A stretch of 64,000 nt of DNA from an uncultured Acidobacteriota bacterium. Lineage in GTDB: Bacteria > Acidobacteriota > Thermoanaerobaculia > UBA5066 > Gp7-AA6. The position numbers and the translations under genes are program-made. The stretch's first letter is position 1. Each line of letters begins with the position of its first letter. This document shows positions 44,368 through 53,178 of this stretch, piece by piece. Location: positions 1,447,221 to 1,511,220 of the forward strand of contig CAVTON010000001.1 of assembly GCA_963736455.1 (NCBI GenBank), written 5' to 3'. The notes under the pieces were generated by a model, which searched no databases, was not told the DNA's origin, and saw only the letters and a program-made list of their open reading frames with translations.

Positions 44368-46026
44368 TCAATCGCCCGCGGCCTTGACGTTGACCTTCGA
44401 CGGGTCGACCAGCGGCACCGGGTTCTCCGGGTGCTGGAGGTTCGGGATCAGGTCGTTCGACGCGCCGCCCGGATACCGCTTGATGCTCGGGTACTTCACG
44501 ATCGACTCGTCGAAATCGACGATCACCGGGTAGATCAGCGACAGGACCCAGCCGTTGTCCATTCCCGCCCACTGTCCGGGCGATGACTTGGGCAGGCGCG
44601 ACGCCATGGCGCCGTTGAAGACCATGTCGTACTTCTCGAAGGGATCCATCGTGAGGCAGTAGAGGGAGCCGATCGAGCCGAGGTTCTGATTGGGGCCCAG
44701 CCACGTGTCCTTGGCGGTGTAGAGGTACTTCCACGCGATGTGGACGTCGTCGTTGTTGGGGTCGCCGCCGATGTCGTACCGTGCGCCCTGGAAGTTCTCG
44801 CCGTCGATGTAAATCCAGGAGTTGCGCGCGGAATGTTTCGCCTTGCCCATGACGTAGGCGCTGTTGTCGATCGAGTCGAAATAGATCGGCTTTCCGTCGT
44901 TGCCCTTCCACGCGCCGTGGGGCGGAGGCGTGACGCCGACCATCGAGGAAAGCGTCGCCCACAGATCGATGTGGGACATCATCTCGTCGTACGAGACGCT
45001 CTGGGGAATGTGGTTTGGCCACCACATGATGCCGGGAACGCGCCATCCGGCCTCGAACGCGGAGCCCTTCTCCCCCCGGAACGGGTGCGTGCCGGCGTCG
45101 GGATACGCGTCCTGCCACGCGCCGTTGTCGGCGGTGAAGACCACGATCGTGTTGGGCGCCACCTGCCGGATCGCCTCCATGATCCGCCCGACGTTGTCGT
45201 CCATCTCCATCACCGAGTCGGAGTACCGGCCGAGGTGCGACTTGCCGGCGAACTTCGGCGCCGGATTGTTCGGGTTGTGCATCTTCATGAAGTTGACGTC
45301 CATGAAGAAGGGCTTGCTGTCGTTGGCGTGCGCCTTGATGTATTCGATCGCGGAGTCCGCCTGGCGCACGTCGAAGGTGGCGAGGTAGTCCCAGGTGATC
45401 TCCGCCACCTTGCGCGCGGGCTTCCCGGCCTCGCCCTCCCACTCGAACATGTTGACGGCGCCGAAGTAGTCCTTCGCGAATACCGGGTTGTAGGACGGGA
45501 ACCAGGGATGGAACCACTCGTTCGTGTCGCTGTACGTGTAGACGCCGGGGTAATACGCGCCGAACTCCCGCATCGTCTGGTAACCGTGCTCGATCGGGTA
45601 GGCCTCCGGCTTGTCGCCGAGGTGCCACTTGCCCGAGAAATAGGTCGAGTAACCGTGATCGCGGAACCACTCCGCGATCGTGGGCGTCTCCTTGCGCAGG
45701 GAGTTCTCGTCGCCCGGGGCGACGACGATCGACAGCGCCGAGCGGATCGGGATGCGGCCCGTGTTGAACGACGCACGGCCGGCCGTGCAGCTCGCCTGCC
45801 CGTACCAGCTCGTGAACATCGCCCCCTCCTTGGCGAGGCGATCCAGGTTGGGCGTCGGGTGGCCGAGCGCCCGTCCACCTCCGGAATACGCACCCAGGTC
45901 GTTCCAGCCCGTGTCGTCGCTCATGAGGACGAGGACGTTGGGCTTCTTCGTCTGCGCCTGGACCGATGCCGTGAGGAAGGTTCCGACAACGATGCCGAAC
46001 AAGAATCTGCGGGGCCATCTGGCCAT
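44368..46026 (-). CDS. Arylsulfatase (Cys-type), paralogue 3
   Basis: ATG at 46026 preceded by AAGGAG (MARWPRRFLFGIVVGTFLTASVQAQTKKPNVLVLMSDDTGW), SCTAGRASFNTG and GKWHLGD. Confidence 0.92.
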   Translation of the reverse strand: MARWPRRFLFGIVVGTFLTASVQAQTKKPNVLVLMSDDTGWNDLGAYSGGGRALGHPTPNLDRLAKEGAMFTSWYGQASCTAGRASFNTGRIPIRSALSIVVAPGDENSLRKETPTIAEWFRDHGYSTYFSGKWHLGDKPEAYPIEHGYQTMREFGAYYPGVYTYSDTNEWFHPWFPSYNPVFAKDYFGAVNMFEWEGEAGKPARKVAEITWDYLATFDVRQADSAIEYIKAHANDSKPFFMDVNFMKMHNPNNPAPKFAGKSHLGRYSDSVMEMDDNVGRIMEAIRQVAPNTIVVFTADNGAWQDAYPDAGTHPFRGEKGSAFEAGWRVPGIMWWPNHIPQSVSYDEMMSHIDLWATLSSMVGVTPPPHGAWKGNDGKPIYFDSIDNSAYVMGKAKHSARNSWIYIDGENFQGARYDIGGDPNNDDVHIAWKYLYTAKDTWLGPNQNLGSIGSLYCLTMDPFEKYDMVFNGAMASRLPKSSPGQWAGMDNGWVLSLIYPVIVDFDESIVKYPSIKRYPGGASNDLIPNLQHPENPVPLVDPSKVNVKAAGD

Positions 46027-46082
46027 AGTCACCACTCCTTTTTTCAACGTCGACAAAAAAACGAAACTCGGAAATCCGAAAC

Positions 46083-47315
46083 TCAGAAGTGCAATTTGAT
46101 GTCCGCCGAGCCGCCGAGCGCTTCGCGGTCGGGATTCTTGTAATTGAAGCCCCCGGTCGGCCCCCAGACGACGGCGAGATCGACCGAGACGACCGGGACT
46201 CCGATGCCCAGGCCGAAGGTATAGGCCCACGACGGATTGGCCGCCGCGAAGTCGCGCATCGCGCCGGCCCTGAAGGCGAGAAACGGAATCCGCGCCTCGG
46301 CGCCGAGCGAGAGCTGCTGACTCTTGGTGCCCGGCTCGATCTGGAGTCCCCGGGAATCCGGAACGAGCGTGTCGCTCTTGATGAAGTCGCCGTCGGCGGC
46401 GAGCGTCAGGAACGGCAGCGGATCGACCGAAACGCCTCCCCGAACCTGGCGGGGCAGCGGCACGGTTCCGGGGCTGCCCGCGACGTCCGCGACCGTGAAC
46501 TCCGGCTGGTTGAGCGCCACGCCGACGACGCCGAGCTTGACGATGCCGAGATTCGCGCGCGCCCCGACGTCGAAGGTCAGCTTGTTCGTCGTGCGGGCGT
46601 TCTCCTGGAAGGCGTCATGGAGCAGCTCCGAGAGGTCCTTGCCCGCGCAGGAATCGCTGCCGAGGGCATGGCACGCCCCGAAATACGTCACGCCCGACAC
46701 GTACCGCAGCGCCCCGCCGACCTCGAGAACTCCGTCCAGGAACTTCGCGCCGTAGGCCAGCCGCGCTTCGCGTGCCGAAAGGCCCACGAGATAGAGACCG
46801 GTCTGGTTGAAGGCGAGCCCGTCGTCGGGGCCGCCGCCCGGAACGACGTGCTGGAGGTCGATCACCGGGTAGATGCCGGCATTCGGCACGTCGCCCACCG
46901 CGAAGGCGAATCCATTCCACGAGGCCACGAGGCCCACGACGCCGGACGAGATGACGCTCGTGCCGGGCCGCGCCAGGTTGGCGATGTTGGCGAGCGCCAC
47001 CGGGATGAGATCGGGGCGGTCGCCGTTGACGATCTGGTCGAACGGCAGGTTGCTCAGGTTGACGAGAGTCCCGACGAGGTTGTTGCGATTCTGGGCCGTC
47101 ATCCCCGCGAGAAGCTGGATGTCGAAGCCCTTCAGGTCGGCGAGCGCCGCCGGATTCGCGTAGATCGCGGAGTTGTCGTTCACGGCCGCGACCTCCGCGC
47201 CGCCCATGCCGGTCGCCCGGGCTCCGGCCCACGGGAACTGGGCCCGCGCCCGCGAGGTGAGAGCGAGGAAAAGGACCGTGGCACACGAGAGGGCTCGACG
47301 CAGGGTGCGATCCAT
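46083..47315 (-). CDS. Outer-membrane beta-barrel protein, FadL/TodX- or PorV-like
   Basis: Signal peptide ..FLALTSRARAQ, N-terminal motif ARATGMGGAEVAAVNDNSAIYANPAALA and C-terminal aromatic residue (..DIKLHF). Confidence 0.65.
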   Translation of the reverse strand: MDRTLRRALSCATVLFLALTSRARAQFPWAGARATGMGGAEVAAVNDNSAIYANPAALADLKGFDIQLLAGMTAQNRNNLVGTLVNLSNLPFDQIVNGDRPDLIPVALANIANLARPGTSVISSGVVGLVASWNGFAFAVGDVPNAGIYPVIDLQHVVPGGGPDDGLAFNQTGLYLVGLSAREARLAYGAKFLDGVLEVGGALRYVSGVTYFGACHALGSDSCAGKDLSELLHDAFQENARTTNKLTFDVGARANLGIVKLGVVGVALNQPEFTVADVAGSPGTVPLPRQVRGGVSVDPLPFLTLAADGDFIKSDTLVPDSRGLQIEPGTKSQQLSLGAEARIPFLAFRAGAMRDFAAANPSWAYTFGLGIGVPVVSVDLAVVWGPTGGFNYKNPDREALGGSADIKLHF

Positions 47316-47338
47316 GGCGATGGTCTCCTTCCGGGCTT

Positions 47339-47731
47339 CTAGGGCTGTGGCTCTCTTCCTCCACGCTCCAGGGCTTCGCTGACGGCCTTCACGAGGAGTC
47401 GTCCTTCGAAGGGCTTCGCCAGGAAAGCGATGGCGCCGAGCTCGTCGGCCTCCCGCCGGAACAGGGCCGAGTCGTGAGCCGTGATGAAAATGACCGGTCC
47501 GGCCTGGCCATCCTCCCTCAACCGGCGCTGCAAGTCGATCCCCGAGGCGCCCGGCAGGTGAACGTCGGCGATCAGGCAGCCGAGGCTTCCGGACGCGCCA
47601 CTCTCCAGAAACGCCTCGGCCGAGCCGTAGGTCCGGGCGTCGTACCCGGCCGTCTTCAGCATTCGCCCCAGCGCCTCGCGCATCCCGGCATCGTCCTCCA
47701 CGATCGCAATCGTCGCCTGCGGCCCCGCCAT
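47339..47731 (-). CDS. Stand-alone receiver-domain response regulator
   Basis: ATG at 47731: ..IAIVEDDAGMREAL..CLIADVHLPGASG..VIFITAH..FLAKPF. No output domain. Confidence 0.85.
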   Translation of the reverse strand: MAGPQATIAIVEDDAGMREALGRMLKTAGYDARTYGSAEAFLESGASGSLGCLIADVHLPGASGIDLQRRLREDGQAGPVIFITAHDSALFRREADELGAIAFLAKPFEGRLLVKAVSEALERGGREPQP

Positions 47732-47828
47732 GAACTTGGTGTGAGCATCTCGCCGCCCGGAGGCCGCGCGGAAGTCGGCTCTTCGGGAGGGAAAGGCTGC
47801 CCTTTGGGGCAATACGCCGAGAACTCCC

Positions 47829-48473
47829 TCAGAATTTCGACGGCCGGTGGTCCGGGCCGTGCCGGCGGCGAAGCAGGCCGTCGGCGTGGACGAGCTCGGC
47901 GACCGAGCCAACCTCCATCTTCTCCATGATCCGGGCCCGGTGAGCCTTGACGGTGCGCTCGGAGATGCCGAGCTCGGCGGCGATCTGCTTGTTGAGCCGG
48001 CCCGCGACCACGCGCTCGAAGACCTCGCGCTCCCGCGCCGTCAGGCTCTCGAAGCGCCGCGCGGCCTCTCTCCGGCGCCCGGCTCCGTCCCCTTCGCTAC
48101 GCTGCCTCGCGAGCGCCGACTCGATGGCCTCGAGCAGCTCCCTGCGCGGAACGGGCTTCGTCAGAAAATCCACGGCGCCGCGGCGCATCGCGCGCACGCT
48201 CTGCCGGATGTCGCCGTGACCGGTCAGGAAAACGACGGGAAGCGCGTCGCCCCGCCTTGCGATGGACTCCTGGAGCTCCAGCCCGCTCGGCCCCGGCATG
48301 CGCACGTCGAGCAGCACGCAGCCAGGCCCCTCGGCGGGCGGATCCAGGAGGAAATCGCCGGCGGAGCGGTACGGCTTCGTCGCATAGCCCGCGGCCTTCA
48401 AGAGCCGCGACACCGCGGTCCGAAACGAATCGTCGTCGTCGACGACGTGGATGACAGCCGCTCCGGCGGTCAT
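47829..48473 (-). CDS. FixJ/NarL (LuxR-type HTH) response regulator
   Basis: VIHVVDDDDSFR..VLLDVRMPGPSG..VVFLTGHGD..FLTKP, then ..LTAREREVFERVVAGRLNKQIAAELGISERTVKAHR.. Its ATG overlaps the kinase stop (ATGA). Confidence 0.9.
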   Translation of the reverse strand: MTAGAAVIHVVDDDDSFRTAVSRLLKAAGYATKPYRSAGDFLLDPPAEGPGCVLLDVRMPGPSGLELQESIARRGDALPVVFLTGHGDIRQSVRAMRRGAVDFLTKPVPRRELLEAIESALARQRSEGDGAGRRREAARRFESLTAREREVFERVVAGRLNKQIAAELGISERTVKAHRARIMEKMEVGSVAELVHADGLLRRRHGPDHRPSKF

Positions 48474-50461
48474 GCCGTCGTGCTTTCCGGACCGGCCGGA
48501 GCGGAAGCGGGTCCGTCCGGCACCCACGAGGGGAGCGTGAACTCGAATGCCGCGCCTCCCCCCGGCTCGTTCGTGGCATCGATTCGTCCGCCGTGCGCCT
48601 CCACGATCGAGCGGCAGATCGAGAGGCCGAGGCCCACGCCGTACGCCTTGGTCGTGAAGAAGGACTGGAAGAGACGGGGGCCCTCGGACGGTCCGATCCC
48701 GTGGCCCGTGTCCGACACGCGGACGGAGACGCGGTCGCGGGCGACGCGCGTGCGCATCACGAGACGCCGCCGGTCTTCCGGCACCCCCGCCATCGCTTCC
48801 ATGCCGTTCAACGCCAGGTTGATGACGACCTGCTGCAGGGCGACCTCGTCGCCGCGCGCCGCCGGCAGGCCGCGACCGAGCTCGCGCTCGATCGAGACGC
48901 CGTGCCGGCGGGCTTCGTGCCGGAGCATCCGCGCGACCGACTCGACCACCGCGTTGAGGTCGAGCGGCTTCATCTCCATCTCGCGCTTGCCGGCGAGCCT
49001 GCGCACGCGCTGCACCACCTCGCTCGCCCTCTGGTCGTCCCGACGGATGTCGCCGAGAATCTGGCGCACCTCGTCGAACTCGCCGTTTCTCGAGGCGAGC
49101 AGCATCTCGGCGGTCTCAGCATTGGCGAGGATCGCCCCGAGGGGCTGATTGATCTCGTGCGAGATCGAAGCGGCCAGCTCCCCCACCGTCGCCAGCCGCG
49201 CCGCCTGCGCCAATTCCTCCTGGCGCCGCCGGTTCTCCTCCTGGGCGCCCCTCCTCTGCCGGCGCTCGATCAACAGGGCGATCAACAGGGCCGTCTCGGC
49301 GGCCACGGCGGCTGCGCCGGCGATGATCCGGTTCCGGTAGGTCGTCCAGAACGAGGGAGAGCGATACCGGATCTCGTAGTTCGACGGCACCCCGCGTATC
49401 GGGATTCCGAAGCGTTTCAGCGCCCGCGCATCGACCTCGTACTGGCGAGGGGAGCGAGCGACGAATGCGATCGAGGCGGGAGGCTCTCCCCGCAGCACGC
49501 GCAACGCGATCTCGCCGGCCGCCCGGCCCTCGTGGGCATAGTCGAACAGAGCCCCGCCCGCGATCCCACTCCCGAGATACGTGGCGTGCACGGAAAAGAC
49601 CGGCACCGAAGCCGCGGCGGCGAGCGCCCGGGCCGCGTCGACCGGAACGATCGACCGACCGGCCGAGTCGCGAAACATCATCGTGTAGACGAGGATGGTG
49701 TCGGGGGGCAGTCGGCCGAACTCCTTCGGGAAATCGGCGATCGGAATGCCGGTGCGGGCGGCCACCTCAAGGCCGATGCCGAGTTTCTTCACGTCGCGGC
49801 GCACGCTCTCGACGGAACCGACGTCGAGGGGTCCCGAGCCCGCGACGACCACGATCCGGCGCGCGTCGGGCAGGAGGTGTCGCGCCAGCTGGAGCGTCTC
49901 CGTCATGTCGTCGTCGCTGAAGACACCGGTGACCCAGTCGGGCCGGGCGCGGTGGTCGAAGTAGGACGGCTCGACCGCGATGAACACGACCGCGGCGTGC
50001 GGCCACAGGCGATCCCGGTGCTTCGCCAGAAAATCGAGGGCGAGCTCCGTGAAGGCGAAGACGAGCTCCGGCTCCTTCTCCGCGTACTTGCGTTCGAGGA
50101 ACGCCGCGAACTCGTCCCCGTATTCGCCGCTCTGGAAGCGGAAGGCGTCCAGCCCCTCGGAGTGGATCTCGAAAGGCCCGGCGTCCGACTCGGACAGCAC
50201 CCGCCGGATCTCGCCGTCCGCGGCCTGGCTGGCGGGAAGCATCACCTCGGTGCCCGTCAGGATCACGATGCGGCGGGCCGGCAGCGCCGATTCGGCGGCG
50301 GCCGCGGTGGAAGCGGCGACCAGCACGAGAAGCGTGCTCGAGATGAGGCGGCGCACGATGTCGTTTCCCGATCGGCCCGGCGGCCAATCTATCACCGGAT
50401 GCGGCAACGACGACTCGACGGCGTGAAGGCGCGGGCGCTCGAGGCCGGGCGCCCGCCTCAC
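48470..50461 (-). CDS. Sensor histidine kinase with a periplasmic substrate-binding-protein-like sensor domain
   Basis: N-terminal TM and a ~300-aa extracytoplasmic domain (RRIVILTGTEV..), then a second TM. HisKA ..ELAASISHEINQPL.., HATPase ..DTGHGI..FFTTKAYGVGLGLSICRSIV.. An alternative GTG start lies at 50356. Confidence 0.88.
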   Translation of the reverse strand: MRRAPGLERPRLHAVESSLPHPVIDWPPGRSGNDIVRRLISSTLLVLVAASTAAAAESALPARRIVILTGTEVMLPASQAADGEIRRVLSESDAGPFEIHSEGLDAFRFQSGEYGDEFAAFLERKYAEKEPELVFAFTELALDFLAKHRDRLWPHAAVVFIAVEPSYFDHRARPDWVTGVFSDDDMTETLQLARHLLPDARRIVVVAGSGPLDVGSVESVRRDVKKLGIGLEVAARTGIPIADFPKEFGRLPPDTILVYTMMFRDSAGRSIVPVDAARALAAAASVPVFSVHATYLGSGIAGGALFDYAHEGRAAGEIALRVLRGEPPASIAFVARSPRQYEVDARALKRFGIPIRGVPSNYEIRYRSPSFWTTYRNRIIAGAAAVAAETALLIALLIERRQRRGAQEENRRRQEELAQAARLATVGELAASISHEINQPLGAILANAETAEMLLASRNGEFDEVRQILGDIRRDDQRASEVVQRVRRLAGKREMEMKPLDLNAVVESVARMLRHEARRHGVSIERELGRGLPAARGDEVALQQVVINLALNGMEAMAGVPEDRRRLVMRTRVARDRVSVRVSDTGHGIGPSEGPRLFQSFFTTKAYGVGLGLSICRSIVEAHGGRIDATNEPGGGAAFEFTLPSWVPDGPASAPAGPESTTA

Positions 50462-50462
50462 G

Positions 50463-51335
50463 TCAGAAGGTCACGGTGAGATACAGCCGCGGGCCGTAGT
50501 AGCTGTACTTGAACTGCACGAGGGTCGTCGCGTCTTCCCTCTTCAGGCTGAATCTCTGGTAATCGAAGGCCGCGCTGAGGCCGAAGTTCTTCGTCGCGAA
50601 CCAGTCGACGTGCGCTTCCGCGTCGAACACGGAGCCGGAGTAGGGGGACACGGGAGCGAAGATGCCGTTGAAGATCAGGCCTGCCGAGAGTGCCTCTCCC
50701 ACCTGCTGATCGAACTTGAGGCCGAGCAGAGGAACCGGGAGCTCTTCCTTCGCGGTCCGCGTGACCGTCTGCCCGACGATCGGACCGTCCGGTCCGACGA
50801 CCCCGGCCGCGGCCTGGAGCTCGGCCTTGAGAACCACGTAGGAAGCGCCGAGAGAGACGCCGAACTGCGTGTGCTCGTTCTTGATGAAGTCGTAGCGAAG
50901 GTCGACATACGGGAGGTTCGAAGTCGTGGTCGTCGAGACGGACGCGCCCGCGGTGTACGTCACGCCGCCGTACGGAACGTCCACCGACAGGGACCGGGTC
51001 CGGTTTCGGCGAAAACCCGTGTAGCCGAAGTCGAGATAGAAGCGCCCGAGGGGGTTCCAGTAACCCCGCGCGACGAAGCCGGGCGCCGAAGACTGCATCA
51101 GACCCAGGCCCTCCAGGTCGACGCCCGCGCCGATCGGTCCCCCGGGAGTCAGGTTCTCCTGGAGGTTCACGGTCGTGTTGAACCAGGCGTACTCGCCGCC
51201 GAGATAGAGGCGGAACGTGTTCGGCACGTCGCCGGGAAACGTGCTCGACGACTCCGCGGAGGCGGCCCCCGCCGCGAGGAACAGGCCGGAGAGGGCCAGA
51301 AGAAACGCCAGGAATCTCGACCGAACCTTTGGCAC
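50463..51335 (-). CDS. Outer-membrane beta-barrel protein, unknown function
   Basis: GTG at 51335 ([27 protein letters not shown]). Alternating beta-strand pattern, ends ..[12 protein letters not shown] with a terminal Phe. Confidence 0.6.
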   Translation of the reverse strand: MPKVRSRFLAFLLALSGLFLAAGAASAESSSTFPGDVPNTFRLYLGGEYAWFNTTVNLQENLTPGGPIGAGVDLEGLGLMQSSAPGFVARGYWNPLGRFYLDFGYTGFRRNRTRSLSVDVPYGGVTYTAGASVSTTTTSNLPYVDLRYDFIKNEHTQFGVSLGASYVVLKAELQAAAGVVGPDGPIVGQTVTRTAKEELPVPLLGLKFDQQVGEALSAGLIFNGIFAPVSPYSGSVFDAEAHVDWFATKNFGLSAAFDYQRFSLKREDATTLVQFKYSYYGPRLYLTVTF

Positions 51336-51548
51336 CAGAGCCCATGTCGTCCCCTTTCGAACTGAAATCTCTCGTATCGACCGCCGCCCCGGCTCGATCC
51401 GCGGCGAACCGCCGGCAGGATCGGCAATCTGACCTGGCACCGGAAAGACGGGAGGGTGATCCTATATCCGCGCACCCCGGCGTCCCAACGTCTTCCTCGA
51501 GGGCGTTGCGCCCGACTGACGACGTGCCGCGGATCCGACCGCGGCGGA

Positions 51549-52450
51549 TCAGGCGATTCGGGTCGCGCTGCGCGTCTGCCGCCGGCCCAGAGACAACAGG
51601 CTGCCCGCGAGGCCGGCTGCGGCTCCGGCGGCGGGCAGCAGCAGCGCGGTCGGAAGGCCGAGGAATCCGACCCAGAGCACCGCGAGGACGGGATGCGGGT
51701 CGCGAGCCAGCCAGTGCGTCGCGAACCGGTACGTCGCGTAGAGCAGGCCGAGCGCGAGACCGCCGCCGACGAACCCCTCGGCCGTGGCGTAGAGCCAGAA
51801 GGGCGCGCGGATCGCGCGACTCGGTGGCGCCCATCAGGCGCATGATCCCGACCTCGTCGCGGTGGAGGTCGAGGGCGAGCCGCACGGCCGACGCGACCGA
51901 CAGCACCGCCGCGAGCGTCAGGATCGCGCCGAGGAAAAGGCCCGCGTTGCGGAGAAGCGAGATCGCGTCCCGGAACCGGCGCGAGAACTCCTCTTCGGAT
52001 TCGGACGACTCGACGCCGGGCCACAGCCGCGCCGCGGCGGCGATCTCCTTCGCCGACCCGGCCGGGGCGCCGGGCTTGAGGACGATCTCGATCGAAGGCG
52101 GAAACGGCGCCTCCTTCAGGTCCGACAGACGCCGCGCCGAGATCCGGATAGGCGCGCCGGAACCGCTCGAGCGCGGCGTCGCTTCCCACGATGCGAACGA
52201 TCCTGATCCGGGCGTCGGACTGGAGCCGGCCCGAGACGGCGCGCGGATCGGCCCCCGTTTCGAGCGTGATGACGGCGGCCGTCGGTTCCGCCTCCGTCAC
52301 GGCGAGCCGACCCAGGTTGTGGGACACGAGGGCGAGCAGCCCGGGGACGTAAAGGGCCAGGGCGATCAACGTGATCGCCGCGGCCGTCTGGCGCGGGCTC
52401 GATCGAGCCACCGACCAGGCCTCGCCCACGATGTAGCGGGGCCTCAACAT
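51549..52450 (-). pseudogene. ftsX: Cell-division ABC permease FtsX, interrupted by two 1-nt frame changes (probable assembly indels)
   Basis: Three consecutive frames give [34 protein letters not shown] / [28 protein letters not shown] / [28 protein letters not shown]. Junctions are near 52122 and 51822. Confidence 0.75.
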
Positions 52451-52464
52451 GCGCGGCTCACGTC

Positions 52465-53178
52465 CTACGTCGCGGGCAGGAAGGGCGCCTCCCGCACGAT
52501 CGGCGCGACCTCCCGCGTGCGGTCCGGATCGTGGAGATGTCCCCTCTCGAGCGTCAAAGTGCGCTTGCCCATGCGGCGGATCATCTCGACGTCGTGCGTC
52601 GCGACGACGACCGTGGTGCCGCGGATGTTGAACTCGACGAAGAGCCGCATGATCTCCTCGGCGAGCACGGGGTCGAGGTTGCCGGTGGGCTCGTCGGCCA
52701 GCAGCACCGTCGGCTCGTTGACGATCGCCCGCGCGATCGCGACGCGCTGCTGCTCGCCTCCCGAGAGCTCGTCCGGATACGCGTTCATCAGGTGATGGAG
52801 GCCGACGCGCTTCAGCACGTGATACGCGCGCCGCTTCTGCTCGACGCGGGCGAGGCCCAGGACGTTCTGCACGAAGGCGATGTTCTCGAAGACGGTCTTT
52901 CGTCCGATGAGCTTGAAGTCCTGGAACACGACGCCCATCGTCCGGCGCAGGTACGGGATCTGGCTCTGCGGCAGGACGCCGATGTTGCGCCCGTTGACGA
53001 TGATCTGCCCCGCGCTCGGAGGCTCCTCGAGAAAGAGCAGCCGCAGCAGCGTGGACTTCCCGGCGCCGGAGGGGCCGGTGAGAAAGACGAATTCGCCGGC
53101 GTCGATCCGGAACGAAACGTCCACGAGCGCGTCGCGGAACGTCCCGTACTTCTTCGTGACGCCGAAGAGCTGGATCAC
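52465..53178 (-). CDS. ftsE: Cell-division ATP-binding protein FtsE
   Basis: [32 protein letters not shown] and [11 protein letters not shown]. The GTG start overlaps the gatB stop (GTGA). Confidence 0.92.
   Translation of the reverse strand: MIQLFGVTKKYGTFRDALVDVSFRIDAGEFVFLTGPSGAGKSTLLRLLFLEEPPSAGQIIVNGRNIGVLPQSQIPYLRRTMGVVFQDFKLIGRKTVFENIAFVQNVLGLARVEQKRRAYHVLKRVGLHHLMNAYPDELSGGEQQRVAIARAIVNEPTVLLADEPTGNLDPVLAEEIMRLFVEFNIRGTTVVVATHDVEMIRRMGKRTLTLERGHLHDPDRTREVAPIVREAPFLPAT

Noticed and set aside
44339-46018. N-terminal 560 codons of the 1127-aa track ORF 42635..46018. Analogous upstream extensions occur on 16210..18039 (glyA), 18881..21208 (folC), 21920..23680 (permease), 22891..24069 (binding protein), 55517..56584 and 57642..58802.
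   Set aside because: The extensions are out-of-frame read-through across the upstream gene and give Arg-rich nonsense. In each case an internal start with a Shine-Dalgarno sequence or a 4-nt stop/start overlap gives a protein of the normal family length.
38902-47315. Genomic island or mobile element carrying the sulfatase cluster.
   Set aside because: There is no integrase, transposase, tRNA target or flanking direct repeat in view. The apparent slightly lower GC was judged by eye only and could reflect protein composition.
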